Assembly (NCBI GenBank): GCA_965153285.1
Contig: OZ229114.1
Length of the DNA stretch: 64,000 nt
Direction: 5' to 3' (one strand)
DNA from: Podarcis tiliguerta
Taxonomy: Eukaryota
Position numbers and translations under genes: made by a program. Below, piece by piece: positions 38,059 to 50,421 of the stretch. Under the pieces are notes generated by a model. The model saw only the letters and a program-made list of their open reading frames with translations. It made no database searches and was not told the origin of the DNA. The first letter of the stretch is position 1; every line of letters starts with the position of its first letter.

Positions 38059-38858
38059 ACAGCATGAGCACAGTTCTCTGCCATTTTAACAAGAATTACT
38101 GTCAAATTAGTAACTGGCTAGTAAGCCAAAGTTATCGGTGGATGCAAGTATTCTCCTATATTAGATGAATTTGGACAGGCCTTGATGTTGTCATAAATGC
38201 ACAGGAAGAGTTCATAAGCAATGGATATCCCAACTTCCCAAAGGGTGCCACAGACAATAAAGTGGCCACAATTGCTATGATGGTCTGATCTAATCATATT
38301 TATTGTGCTGTGCATGCATGATCTAGTAACATCCCTTCTCTACTCTTCACTCAATTTTGTGCCTTGAAAACCCTAGCTGTCTTTCACAGACATGAACAAA
38401 ATCACTACACAATTCTTCTTAGCAAAAAATGCTGACTACATAATTCATTTGTGAATATCACAACTCTGAACGTGTCCTGCTATCTTATAGCACATTAATC
38501 AGAGAATCTTTAAGCTAGTTAATTAAGCTTAATAATACTCTTGTGGGGCAGATAAGTTACTGTACTATTATTTTCATTCTGGTGGGGTGGGAAAAGAAAA
38601 CATTAAACAGCTTAATCAGGTTCAATGAACAATGACAATTGCTCAGTCAATCATCTGTCATCCTTCCAAATACTGTACCAATTACACTGTCCAACTTGGA
38701 ACACGTTTCATGATTGTACCCATGGGACATCCCCTAGCATCAGCCTGACCATAGTCTGTGGTTAGAAAGCTGAGCCACTGGAATAAAGCGGCATGACAAT
38801 TCTTACATATATATTTTTAAATAGCAATGCTGCTATTATAGTTGTTATAAAAACTTAC

Positions 38859-38918
38859 CAGGCTTAGGTATTTCCAAACCTCTCTCTCGGTAGAAATCAT
38901 GCATTTGCTTTTTCTCTC
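38859..38918 (-). CDS. PCGF6: PCGF6 exon 5
   Basis: REKKQMHDFYRERGLEIPKP; canonical splice sites. Confidence 0.95.
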
Positions 38919-39282
38919 CTAAAAAATGCAATACAAAATATTTGGGTTTGCTCCACATAGAAAATACAATGCATAGATGTGTTTAAAATCTATGGCTCTA
39001 TGGCTCTCAGTAAGTTATTGGGCTCCAACCCCCTCCGGCTCCAGCCAGGAAGGGATGATGGGAGTTGTAGTTCAACAACAGCTGGAGAGCACAGGTTCCC
39101 CCAACCCCAGTATAGATATATTTTCTCAAACTAGTTGGTTAGCGATACAAAACATGCAAACTAAAGAAACCACCATTATCATTCAGCAGGATTTTCATAC
39201 ATTTATAGTATTGTGTCATCTAAAGATTCTTAAGTCAGCAAAAAGAGAGGAAAAGTCTTAAAACAGAAGCAGTTAAGATATA

Positions 39283-39608
39283 TAAGGTAAAGGTAAAGGG
39301 ACCCCTGACCATTAGGTCCAGTCGCAGACGACTCTGGGGTTGCGGCGCTCATCTCGCTTTATTGGCCAAGGGAGCCGGCGTACAGCTTCCGGGTCATGTG
39401 GCCAGCATGACGAAGTCGCTTCTGGCGAACCAGAGCAGCGCACGGAAATGCCATTTACCTTCCCGCCAGAGCGGTGCCTATTTATCTACTTGCACTTTGA
39501 TGTGCTTTCGAACTGCTAGGTTGGCAGGAGCAGGGACCGAGCAACAGGAGCTCACCCCGTCGTGGGGATTCGAACCGCCAACCTTCTGATCGGCAAGCCC
39601 TAGGCTCT
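39283..39608 (-). mobile_element. Sauria-type SINE
   Basis: Reverse complement of 2893-3243, slightly 5' truncated. Confidence 0.85.
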
Positions 39609-39891
39609 AGAATCAGACTCCTTTGTCCAGCCACTGTTCACAATATTTAAAGCTCTTCTCTACAACCAAAATGCCTACAAACTTTATAAAATGAAAGCTG
39701 AGGATCTCAGATGGTTGTGTGACAAACTACATGACGGGGTTCATGCTTCTGCAGTCACAGAAAACAGACACAGCCCTTATATCAAGAACCAAGGCAATTT
39801 AGGAATTATCTAATTCGCAGCTAACACATTCTCTGGTGAATCTTATCTTTAATTTTTATAAATAGCACTAGGCTCAAAATAAAGGACTTAC

Positions 39892-39947
39892 TTTCTTCCA
39901 AGCTGACAACTAATTTATACACTATGTCTTGCAACTGTCGATCCAGC
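39892..39947 (-). CDS. PCGF6: PCGF6 exon 4
   Basis: LDRQLQDIVYKLVVSLEE; canonical splice sites, phases 2/1. Confidence 0.95.
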
Positions 39948-40490
39948 CTGTGGAAGTAGAATAAAAAGATTAATTAAATTAGTGATTGAATATGGGTTGT
40001 GGTAGTGAACTGTTGAAGAAGAGCCACAGGAGAGGAACTAGAAGCTATGTTCAATGGCATACCTAGATTTGCAGGTTTCCCTATTTTGGGAAAGATTTGA
40101 GGTTCAAGCCAAAATATCTCAGTTACAAAAGCAACTTTACAACCATCTTTGAAGCAATGCACTGGCGCACTAGAGGAAATAAGAAGTCTCAAACAACCCT
40201 TGTGTGGGAAAGTTTCAAGACCAGGGAGGCAAATCTTTTGGATATGAAAAACTTTTGTTGGTAAACAATAAAGGGAATTAAGAATTGTGTGAGGTGCTAG
40301 ACCTTTTATGAGACAGCAACGTTTCCCTCCAGTGCATATAGCAAGTTAGAAGTATTTTTCAAGTTCCAATAATATATTTTAGTTCAAAATAGAAATATCA
40401 GTGTTATCTGAAAACCATTGCTTCTTTTACATACACACACACAAAATATAGATAAACAATTATAATTAAATTATAATTAAAATATATTAC

Positions 40491-40587
40491 CTGATATTAT
40501 AAAGGGGTTGCGTCTGATGTACTACAATGTTGCATTTTGGGCATCTGTTACTGTAGTAAAAATGTCTTACTATGCAGCTTTTACAGA
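40491..40587 (-). CDS. PCGF6: PCGF6 exon 3 (RING C-half)
   Basis: [33 protein letters not shown]; completes the C3HC4 RING. Confidence 0.96.
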
Positions 40588-40934
40588 CTGTAGAAGATAA
40601 ATTTTGCAGTTACAGGCCTATAATGTGGTAGTACACAAGTTCCAAAGATAATACAGAATATATAGCATGTGTCACCTAAAATGCAGAGTAACTGTAGAAA
40701 TAAAATGTGTGCGTGTGGAGGATAAAAACTTTTTCAATCGATTTCTGCCCTACTTTTCGATACAAAATTTCAAAGGCTTACTAAAATCTTACTGAAAAAA
40801 GTTATTAAGAATAAGTCTTGAATAGTGGTATGCAATATGTATTTACTTGATATCAATCTCTCCCTTTTCATACTGAAGGATCCACAACATGTTTACATAA
40901 AATAATACAATTTTTATTAAGGTTGATTCTAGGT

Positions 40935-41070
40935 CAGGCATAGGCAAACTCGGCCCCCCAGATGTTTTGGGACTACAATTCCCATCATCCCTGACCACTG
41001 ATCCTGTTAACTAGGGATGATGAGAGTTGTAGTCCCAAAACATCTGGAGGGCTGAGTTTGCTTATGCTTG
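40935..41070. mobile_element. Palindromic hAT-type MITE (same family as 14562-14697)
   Basis: Imperfect arms; TSD TTCTAGGT/TTCTAGCT; more degenerate relatives near 9.85, 20.7, 39.0, 46.3 and 52.1 kb. Confidence 0.8.
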
Positions 41071-42051
41071 TTCTAGCTTCTCCAACTCCCAATGCTACTC
41101 TGAGGTGGTATATAACCCTCCCCCTCAAATTACTGCAACTCTTCCCACTGTCTTTTATCCCTTCTTACTTTCCCAGCTGCTGCAAACGGAATAGTCTGTT
41201 GCCTGGCTGGGCACTCCTTATTCCTTTCACTGTCAAAATGCAGATCATCTCACAGTCCAAGAACCAAAAGGGAGGAGCCAGGTGCAGCAGCTGCACCTAA
41301 AGCAAGTGACTTTGAGGTAGAACATGTGCTTTTGTGCAGAAAGCCCTGGGTTCAATTTTTTGCATCTATATTGTGTGTGTGTGTTTAGGATCAAATACCA
41401 GAGAATGTGAAACACCTCTACCAGAACTTAGAAAGCTGCTATCAGGCAGAGTAGATAAACAAATACTCTGCCCGATTAAAGGCAAGTTCCTAGGTTCCTA
41501 ACCAGCAGGCAATATGAAGACTCTGGGCTGGGCAAGTATGGAATAAATACAAGGAAAACTGCTATTTCTTGGTCTGCACAGCAGTAACATCTGTGTGCGG
41601 TACCTCAGGCTTCAGCTGTCACCCAATGACTCCAGGGATTTTGGATTACAGAACCCCTCCAGATCTGCATCTGCATATGGTCATCTACAGCCTAGCCATG
41701 ACAATCAGGTTAAGGAGCAGCAGAAGCTGAGGTCAGGGTAGCTATTTAAGTAGAAGAAAATGTGCTAAGATCTATTCAGGAAGCTGAATAGGAAAGGCAA
41801 ATAAAGGAATGATTTATTTTAATTTATTTCAGAACATGATCAAGGAGAATTTTGGGGTGGGGATAGTATAATCCAAGACATACTGTAGCTGGATTGTTTC
41901 GAATTTCCAGGAGCCCTCTTAAAGACATCCACCACCATGGAGTTACCACAATTAATACAACATTGTTTTGCATTATCACCAAAATGTACTTAGGCTTGAT
42001 ATTTCTGCATAGATAACGTCAAAGCTTCTGTTGAGTAAGAAATTAATATTA

Positions 42052-42234
<183 letters not shown>

Positions 42235-42636
42235 TTATTGTTTGATTAAAGCACAGTATTAGAAGTGAAGTGGGGATTTTCCTGGACACGGTCTTTTTAA
42301 TTTTGTTGTGAACTGCTTTGGGAACCATTTAAGTGAAAGCATATGTAAACATATAAAATAAATAAAATTAAGAGCATAAGAAGAGCTTCCTGGAACAGGC
42401 CAATGGCTCATCTTGTCCAGTATCCTGTTATCACAGTGGCCAACCAGATGCTCATGGGAAACCTGCAAGCAGAACCTGAGCATCAGAACATTCTCCCTTC
42501 CTGCAGTTTCCAGCTACTGGTATTCAGAAACATTACTGTCTCTAGCCATGGGAGATGGTGAGGAATATTTCACCGGGGACACACAAAAGATGTCACATTG
42601 TGAGACAACACAGAGCAAGCAAAACGTATATAGGAA

Positions 42637-42828
42637 AGGGCCATAAACTCTGTGGTAGGTCATCTGCTTTGCATGCAGAAAATCACAGTTCAGTCCTTGA
42701 CATCTCTAGGTAGGGCTTTGGGAGACCATTGCTCAAAACTCTGAAGAGTTGCTGCCAGTCAGTGTGCACAATATTGAGCTAAATGTACCAATGATCTGAC
42801 TTGGCATAAGGAAGCTTCCTATGTTCCT
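42637..42828 (+). mobile_element. tRNA-derived squamate SINE (Squam3-like)
   Basis: Degenerate A/B boxes and GCTTCCTATGTTCCT tail; second copy near 41313-41500, fragments near 7330, 50580 and 52060. Confidence 0.55.
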
Positions 42829-43054
42829 GATCCCACCGTTCCCAAGGAACTCACAGGGGAAGATTAGGTAAGAGAAAGGAGCCCAAGGGGTATCCAAGGA
42901 AAGTTAAAGCTGAGCAAGGATCTGAATCTGAAATCCCTACCCAGCTCTCTAGCCACTGCACCACATTGGCTATATTTGGCACAAGGCATCATAGGAAGCA
43001 CTGTTTACATATTTATATCCCCATCCTTTCATCAGTAAGTTCCAGGAAAAAGTA

Positions 43055-43252
43055 CAGCGGTACCTCGGGTTAAGTACTTAATTTGTTCCGGACGTCCGTC
43101 CTTAACCTGAAACTGTTCTTAACCTGAAGCACCACTTTAGCTAATGGGGCCTCCCGCTGCCGCTGCAGCACGATTTGTGTTCTCATCCTGAAGCAAAGTT
43201 CTTAACCTGAAGCACATGTAACCTGAAGCATATGTAACCCGAGGTACCACTG
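43055..43252 (-). mobile_element. Tc1/mariner MITE, family A (reverse orientation)
   Basis: TA-CAGCGGTACCTCGGGTTA ... TAACCCGAGGTACCACTG-TA; interior is the reverse complement of 32-262. Confidence 0.85.
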
Positions 43253-43477
43253 TATATGTGTTGCCTGCTCCCACTTTCATCTTCACAACAAGCCTGTTAG
43301 GTAGGCTAGGTTGCTAGATGGTGATCGATCCAAGGCCACTCAACGAGCTTCCCAGCGGAGGGAGGATTTGAACCTGCTTCTTCTCCATCCTAGTCCGATG
43401 GAATCTCACCCCATGGTGTCTGCTTCACCCAAGGGTGCCCATGTGCTCCCCCTTAAGCGCACTGCCTCTTGTTTTAC

Positions 43478-43768
43478 CTCATCCTCATCTTCGCCTTCTT
43501 CCATCCCAAAGCCCCCGAAGGGGTCCGTGGACCCCCCTCCTAGAGCTGCTGCTGCTGCTTCCTCCACCTCTTCTTCCTCTTCCTCCTCTTCTTCCTCCTC
43601 CTCCTCCATCTCTTCGTTGCTGGACTCTGAGCGGCTTCCCGCTTCGAAGCGGGAGTTTTCCCCGGAGCACCCCGGGGCTTCCAGACCCGCTATTGCTTCC
43701 TCATCGTCGACGTCCTCCTGCTCTCCCTCGCCCAGCCCCTCACCGGCCACCTCCACCTCTTCGCTCAT
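43478..43768 (-). CDS. PCGF6: Polycomb group RING finger 6, exon 1 of 10 (acidic, poly-Glu N-terminus)
   Basis: gcggcgATG AGC GAA start (MSEEVEVAG); poly-E tract; GAG|GTAAAA donor in phase 0, matching exon 2. Confidence 0.85.
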
Positions 43769-44927
43769 CGCCGCGGCTTTGAGGGAAACAAATGCACGGG
43801 CCGCTTCGACCGACAAGGAGCAACCGAAGAAATGCCTGGGGGGCGGGTAGGGCGAACGCAGTTCACACCCAAAGGAGCTATTCCTGTCCTTTCTTTCCTA
43901 TCTCTATGATCCTTCCCTAAACGTGACTACAGCTTCAAGGCGCGTGCGCAAAGCCTCTTGGCGCGCACGCTTCTAGGGCGCCTGCCTCATTCACATACAA
44001 CCCCTATGTACTCTGGGAAACTGAGTTTTTATTCTCTCTCGCAACGGTGAGCCAGGACTCAAGGTGGGCTTTTTACCTGTAAGCCGCCTTGAGTTCCAGT
44101 TACGGGAAAAGGCGGGATACAAATAAATATATAACAACGACATCAATACAGCAGAACTTGGTCTTAAAACTGAATTTTGATCCCTATTGTATAAAATACA
44201 TAAAATGGTTTTCATAAACTTAACGCTGGCTACTGCTTAATAGCAGTTTTGATTAGACAATTGAAATGGGTGCATAGTGAAATCATTCTGATGCCAGTGT
44301 TGGTGAAGGGGTCAGTATTTAGTGCTTGTACAACATCATTATTATTACATATTTGACTTTTTGGTCACTCACTACGAAAAATCTAAGCAATTTACAGAAG
44401 GGGATTATATAATATCCCGAGGTTCAGCTAAATAAATAAAAAAATAGCCAACACGATGTTTAGAATTGGCTTTTAAGTGTGCGAGGGTGCAGAAGACAGA
44501 AATACACCACCACTCGAGTTTCACAGAACTCTCTCAAAGACATCTCAGAATCCTACTTACTGATGAGTTCACTGACAACTTAAAATGTGGTATACGTTAC
44601 ACTTTTCACCTGTTATATTTGTCATAGGATATATACAACTGGAGAATCGACCCCTCTGTGCAAGCCGCACCCATAATCTCTCATTTCACAAACTTGTAAA
44701 CGGTCGCAGAATCATCGGTGGTATTTACTTGCTCTAGTTAGTTCTCCTTTTATTTTACAGTACAGTATTCTATTTGAAATCATTTCCCTCCAGTGGAACA
44801 GGAAGTGCCGTAAAGCGCCGCCCTAATTGTCGCTAGCTGCCCTTGGCCTCACGGCTTGGAGACCGTGCCCTCACTGTCGCAAAGCCGCGGGCTGCCTGAG
44901 TTGGAGGCGAGGCTGTCGGGTTCCATT
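43769..44927. promoter_or_regulatory. Divergent PCGF6/TAF5 promoter region and 5' UTRs
   Basis: Head-to-head ATGs 1.16 kb apart; inverted GCGTGCGC/GCGCACGC pair and TTGGCGCGC (43942-43970); ETS motif CAGGAAGTG 44799-44807. Confidence 0.75.
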
Positions 44928-45501
44928 ATGGCGGCTCTGCCGGAGGAGCCGGCCGAAGCAGTCACAGTGAAGCCGGACCCCGACGCGGGAGCGCCGCCGG
45001 CACCACCCCCTCCTCCTCCCGCTCTCCCTCAGTCTCCGGCAGCAGCAGCTGGAGCGACGGCGGCAGCGGGAGTCGCTGCCGCTCCCTCTGCCCCCTCGGC
45101 CGCCGCTCCTCTAGCGGAAGGGGGCGAGCCGTTGGCGGCAGGAACCGACGCGAAGCCGCCGGTGGCGCCCAGCCCTGCGCCGCCCGCTTCGCAGCTGCCC
45201 ACCGACCGGCAGACGCTGCTGGCCGTGCTGCAGTTCCTGAGGCGCAGCAACCTCCGCGAGTCCGAGGAGATCCTCCGCAGGGAGGCCCGGCTGCTCGCCG
45301 ACGAGGTCGCGGCGGATCCCGGCTCCTCGGCGCCCGGAGTCCAGGCGTCCCATGGCGGGGAAGGGCAGGAGCCCGGCGTCGGCGCCCCCGGCTCTGGGGA
45401 TGTGCTGCTCAGCTCGGTCACCTTTGGCCAGAGCGGGGCCACCATCTCTCCGGGCGCTGCCGCGGCGCCTCCCGCAGTGGCCTTGGGGCCACCTGGGAAA
45501 G
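44928..45501 (+). CDS. TAF5: TFIID subunit 5, exon 1 of 11 (Pro/Ala-rich N-terminus, LisH motif)
   Basis: MAALPEEPAEAVTVKPDP...DRQTLLAVLQFLRRSNLRESEEILRREA; AAAG|GTGAGC donor. Confidence 0.93.
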
Positions 45502-45775
45502 GTGAGCGAGGGGGTCGCTCGCAGGAGGGACCTTTCGTATTTGCACTGGCTGCTTTGTGACAGCTGAGGTCAAAATCCAGTTTTTAAATTCGCAGGCTGT
45601 TCTACGTTGTGGTCACCTAGTGCTATTGCACAGGATTCGTTCTGCGAATGGTAATGACCAATTTATCTGTTTAGGGAAGCTTTTAATGTTTGACAGACTA
45701 TTGTATTTTAATATTTTGTTGGAAGCCGTTCAGAGGGGCTGGGGAAACCCATCCAGATGGGCAGGGTATAAATAA

Positions 45776-45808
<33 letters not shown>

Positions 45809-45824
45809 GGAGTACATATTACTG

Positions 45825-45914
45825 TGCGGGAGGCAGGGAAGACAGGAGTGCCTGGCATTCTCTGGTCCATGGGGTCATGAAGAGTCGGACACGACTAAAC
45901 GACTAAACAACAAT
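45825..45914 (+). mobile_element. Bov-B/RTE LINE 3' end fragment
   Basis: GTCCATGGGGTCATGAAGAGTCGGACACGACTAAACGACTAAACAACAA tail. Confidence 0.75.
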
Positions 45915-45981
45915 GACATATTACTGTATACGTTAACATTTTTTTTTGTTAATCGGCTTGCTCTTTTGAGGCACACCTATA

Positions 45982-46125
45982 AAGCTGTTGTTTATATTTT
46001 TATTCTCCCAAGCAATCAAAGTTAAAGTCTACAATAAAACTAGATTTAAAACCAAGCTGCTGTTTATATTTTTATTCTCCCAAGCAATCAAAGTTAAAGT
46101 ATACAATAAAACTAGATTTAAAACC
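45982..46125 (+). repeat. 72-bp tandem duplication in TAF5 intron 1
   Basis: Units 45982-46053 and 46054-46125 differ at 2 positions. Confidence 0.95.
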
Positions 46126-46670
46126 ACACATAATACAGAAGGAATACAAAGTGTAGGCTACAGCTTCAGTTTCAAAATAACTAGGTGAGAGACTTAGTTA
46201 TCACCTTTTATAAGTACATTTTGGGAAGTAGTATAATAGGAGGAATTGGCGCCACTAATAGAATATTCTGTAGAGCAAAACTCCCATCAGCCTTAACTAG
46301 CATGACCAATGGCATGGGGTGATAGGAGTTGTAGGTAACGGGCTATACTGACTGCATAACCTGCTTATGAATAATATTTGATCCTGGATTGTAATAGTAC
46401 AATTGAGCTTAGGGTATGATTGAGTGATGTCAGTTTTTCATGTAAACATTCATTTGAAAAGAAATTTGTTGAGCATGTTTCTTAGTCATTTGCTCCGTGT
46501 CATTACTTACTAAAAGTGATAAAAATAGCACTGTTGCTGTGCATAATAATTTATGCAGCAGTATAAAGGGGAAAGAGGTTCTTGTCTCAAGAAGCTTACA
46601 CAGTTTAGAACTGAAATAGTTACACAGAGTGCAAACATTGATTTACCCATTATATGTTAATGCCTTGCAG

Positions 46671-46905
46671 TTGGAGTCTTTGTGGAAGATCAGCCAGATG
46701 TAAGTGCAGTACTGTCTGCCTACAATCAGCAAGGAGACCCAGCGCTTTATGAAGAGTACTACAGTGGACTGAAACACTTCATTGAATGTGCTCTGGACTG
46801 TCATCGAGCTGAGTTATCACAGCTTTTTTATCCTCTCTTTGTACATATGTACTTGGAGCTAGTCTACAATGGGCATGAAAATGAAGCAAAGTCCTTCTTT
46901 GAAAA
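46671..46905 (+). CDS. TAF5: TAF5 exon 2 (NTD2)
   Basis: EDQPDVSAVLSAYNQQGDP...ELSQLFYPLFVHMYLELV. Confidence 0.96.
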
Positions 46906-48225
46906 GTAATACCATTTTGTGCATTTAGTCTCCACTTTCATGTTCTCACTATTAGCTAGATAAATCTAAAAATTTGTTGGTTGCAGATGTTCACAGTTAA
47001 AGTGTGTGAACTGGAAGTAGAGTCTGTAACATTTACGCTAAGGCAGGCATCCAGAGGAGGAACAAAATAATCCTGAGATGCTGAAAGATTTTTAAGCCCC
47101 TCTCCTGGCAGCTAGGTCTTTCCTGCAAGTGTGGGCTACTGGGTGCCTGCAACCACAAAATATAGGCAATATTTTAGGAGGATATTTATAGATGCCATAT
47201 AACATGACTTAAGACATTCCCAGTTATTACATAGATTATTGCATTCCAATGACTAATTATTATTCTTATGAGGCAGCATTTGTTTATGTGTGTGCTAATT
47301 TGTTTAATTATGAGGTTAAATGCCAGTTCTAGTGATGTCTGTAAAGTTCTGAAACTTCTAGGCCTGAACCATTTGATAACATTGCTCATTTCAATGACTT
47401 AAGGGAGTTGAACCAATGAAATACTCTGCATTGTCTCCTGTTATGGGCAGCAAGCGAATACATACATGGCCTCTTCAGAGAAAAATTATCTGTGTCCAAG
47501 GCTGTAAAATCCTGGGTATTTGGTACTTGAATTCCTAAACATTTATGTGGTTACTTGGGAATCTGAAATGTTTTTTCCAGCCTTGTGCATTCTGGTTTTA
47601 TGAGCTAATACAAAAGGTTGCTGCTTGTAAAAGCTAGCTATTTCTCACAGCACCTGTGCTTCTGTGCTTTAGAATTGTGGCTTTCTTCTGGTATAATGAA
47701 CTATGTAGTAAGGGTTTACTTTGAAAGTCAAGTAGTTTATTAAATTACTGCTATTTCAAGATGTTCTGCTAGACTGACTGCACCAGCAATTGATTGAGAA
47801 AGATCTGGGACGTTAAGGGTGACGTAGAATGATGTCCGCTTGCTTGTGAAACAGGACTTAGTTTACTTCTCCTCAGCCTCCAGAGCAGATTTGGGGGGGG
47901 GGGGGCAGAGAGACAGGCAGAGGTAGACGAGGAAGAAGCACCCACTTGCACTATTCTGGATCTCACCCTTAGATAATGAAAGAAATTACGAGATAAAAGC
48001 AGTTATGGGAGTGAAAAATTCAATTGAAATGATTTTTTTAACATAACTGAACTATTGATAAAATATAATTTTTAGATACATTAAATATAAGATGGTGATA
48101 GTACATAGATGTCACGCGTGAATATAGAAAAATAAAAAATGTGTTCTGCTGAAGATCACAGAACTTAAGTTGTTTAGACAGTTGTCCCCCTACACATCTT
48201 TTGTGTGATTCTAACCTTTTTCTAG

Positions 48226-48541
48226 GTTTCATGGAGATCAGGAGTGTTATTATCAAGATGACTTGCGTGTACTATCAAGTTTAACCAAAAAAGAGCACAT
48301 GAGAGGGAATGAGACAATGCTGGATTTTCGAACAAGCAAGTTTGTGCTGCGAATTTCCCGTGATTCTTATCAGCTATTGAAGAGACACCTTCAGGAAAAA
48401 CAGAACAATCAGATCTGGAATATTGTTCAGGAACATCTTTACATTGATATCTTTGATGGAATGCCTCGCAGTAAACAACAGATTGATGCTATGGTGGGAA
48501 GTTTGGCAGGAGAGGCAAAACGGGAGGCTAATAAAGCAAAG
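48226..48541 (+). CDS. TAF5: TAF5 exon 3
   Basis: FHGDQECYYQDDLRVLSSLTKKEHM...EAKREANKAK. Confidence 0.96.
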
Positions 48542-49205
48542 GTATGAGGTTGATAAATACGTAACATCATGAACATTTTGTTAGGGATGTATAGGTTGTC
48601 AGTTCTATGAGAGTTCTTGGCTTCTTTAGATCTGCAGTTGGTTAACAGTGTATGCTTCTGGATAAGGAAGAATTAGCTAAGCACTCTTACTTATCATTAC
48701 TCCTGACTGCAGCTCCTTGTGCTAAACTGGATGTTGTTCTGGATAGATCTCCAATTTTCCAGAGCAGTTAAACTTTATGTGCCCCTGACTTGCCAAAATG
48801 GCAAGTATCTCTCTGACCATTGTCTTGGCATTAGGAATGACTTACATATGTTCTGCCTTTGTTCAATATATGATACAGAAAGGCTAAGGAGTTACATTTG
48901 TCACTGACATCTGTGACAGATTATTGGCCCAGTTTACATGTCATTTTAAAGCACAGTTAAAACTTAACTGTTGTTCCCACTCCTCACCCCCCAATTACTT
49001 GAAAATTGCTGAGAATTTTGGTGGACCACTCTTCGTAGAGATGTATGTCTTAAATGAAAGCTGTTGTGGTCCACAGAGAAACATTCATATTTTTAAAAGT
49101 AATTACATTGATCTAATAAAACTTACTATTCTGCTCTACCAGTTCTCTGTTTCTTTAACTTTTCTTTTTTTAATTACATGACTCTTTTCTTCTTTTGACT
49201 TGTAG

Positions 49206-49369
49206 GTCTTTTTTGGCTTATTAAAAGAACCAGAAATTGAGTTGCCTTTGGATGATGAAGATGAAGAGGGGGAAAATGAGGAGGGCAAGCCAAAGAAGAA
49301 GAAGCCAAAAAAAGACAGCATGGGATCAAAAAGTAAAAAGCAAGATCCAAATGCTCCTCCACAGACTAG
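49206..49369 (+). CDS. TAF5: TAF5 exon 4
   Basis: VFFGLLKEPEIELPLDDEDEEGENEEGKPKKKKPKKD...DPNAPPQTR. Confidence 0.95.
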
Positions 49370-49721
49370 GTAATGCTGAAAGTAGAAACGTCTCAGTTCA
49401 TTTTCCATCTTCCTTTTTTAGTCTGCACCAGTTCAGACTGAAGTGGGCAGCTGACATTGCTGAATAGAAAACTAGATATCACAGAAAAGGTCTCTACCTC
49501 AGTCTTTTACCTGATATCTAGCTTTGTGTATGGAAGGTTGGCTTTTTTCCCTTCTGCATGGAGGAACATTCAGTCATGTGAGCCCTCATGCAGTCTGATG
49601 TGATACAGAGCAAAGGAAAATTTACCATCTAGGAACTAGACTATAGTCAATATTTTGATAAGCATTTTCTCAGTTAATTTGCTTCTTAAAAAATGTTTTG
49701 GAGGTTCTAGTTCTATTAGGA

Positions 49722-49974
49722 CAGGGGTCAGCAAACTTTTTCAGCAGGGGGCCAGTCCACTGTCCCTCATACCTTGTGGGGGGTTGGACTATATTTTTTT
49801 GGGGGGGGGAATGAACGAATTCCTATGCCCCACAAATAACCCAGAGATGCATTTTAAATAAAAGCACACATTCTACTCGTGTAAAAACACGCTGATTCCC
49901 AGACTGTCCGTGGGCCAGATTTAGAAGGTGATTGGGCCGGATCCAGCCCCTGGGCCTTAGTTTGCCTACCCATG
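49722..49974. mobile_element. hAT (Charlie-like) non-autonomous element
   Basis: Ends CAGGGGTCAGCAAAC / GTTTGCCTACCCATG; exact 8-bp TSD TATTAGGA. Confidence 0.85.
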
Positions 49975-50285
49975 TATTAGGAGATGCATTGCACTGATGT
50001 AAAAAGCTTGTATCATTTGAAGGAAAACTTTCCTCTATGAATATGGAGGTGTTCGTAAAAGTAACTTCCCTTATATTGTAAAAGAATTGGTAGAGTTATG
50101 ATTTTCCTAATTTTGTCATCTTTTAGTTAATACTACCCAAGGAGCTTGTTTCTGGGTTCTTTCCTCCCCAGACATTCAAAAATTGAGTTCTTTTTCGGCC
50201 TCTGTTCAGTGTGCAGGTGTGATTTCCTGGCATCAATGGATCTTTTGTTTCGTTTTTGGTTTTAAGTATGTTCTTCTGTATGCAG

Positions 50286-50421
50286 AATCCCGCTTCCTGA
50301 GCTAAAGGATTCAGATAAGTTGGACAAAATAATGAATATGAAAGAAGCCACTAAACGTGTACGTCTTGGTCCAGACTGCCTGCCTTCCATTTGTTTCTAC
50401 ACATTCCTTAATGCATACCAG
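50286..50421 (+). CDS. TAF5: TAF5 exon 5
   Basis: IPLPELKDSDKLDKIMNMKEATKRVRLGPDCLPSICFYTFLNAYQ. Confidence 0.95.

Noticed and set aside
43406-43477. Alternative PCGF6 exon 1 donor GG|GTGAGA at 43410
   Set aside because: Phase 2, incompatible with phase-0 exon 2; it could be a cryptic non-productive site, but nothing supports use.
43311-43850. Ser-rich and Pro-rich + strand ORFs (179 and 115 aa)
   Set aside because: Antisense translation of the PCGF6 poly-Glu exon 1.
44560-44590. CTGATGAG-TT...AAC-TTAAAA resembling a second hammerhead in the PCGF6/TAF5 spacer
   Set aside because: The GAAA box is absent and no convincing stem I or III is present; at best a decayed remnant.
44856-44927. N-terminal extension of TAF5 in the ORF track
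   Set aside because: Starts at a TTG; the conserved start is ATG GCG GCT at 44928.
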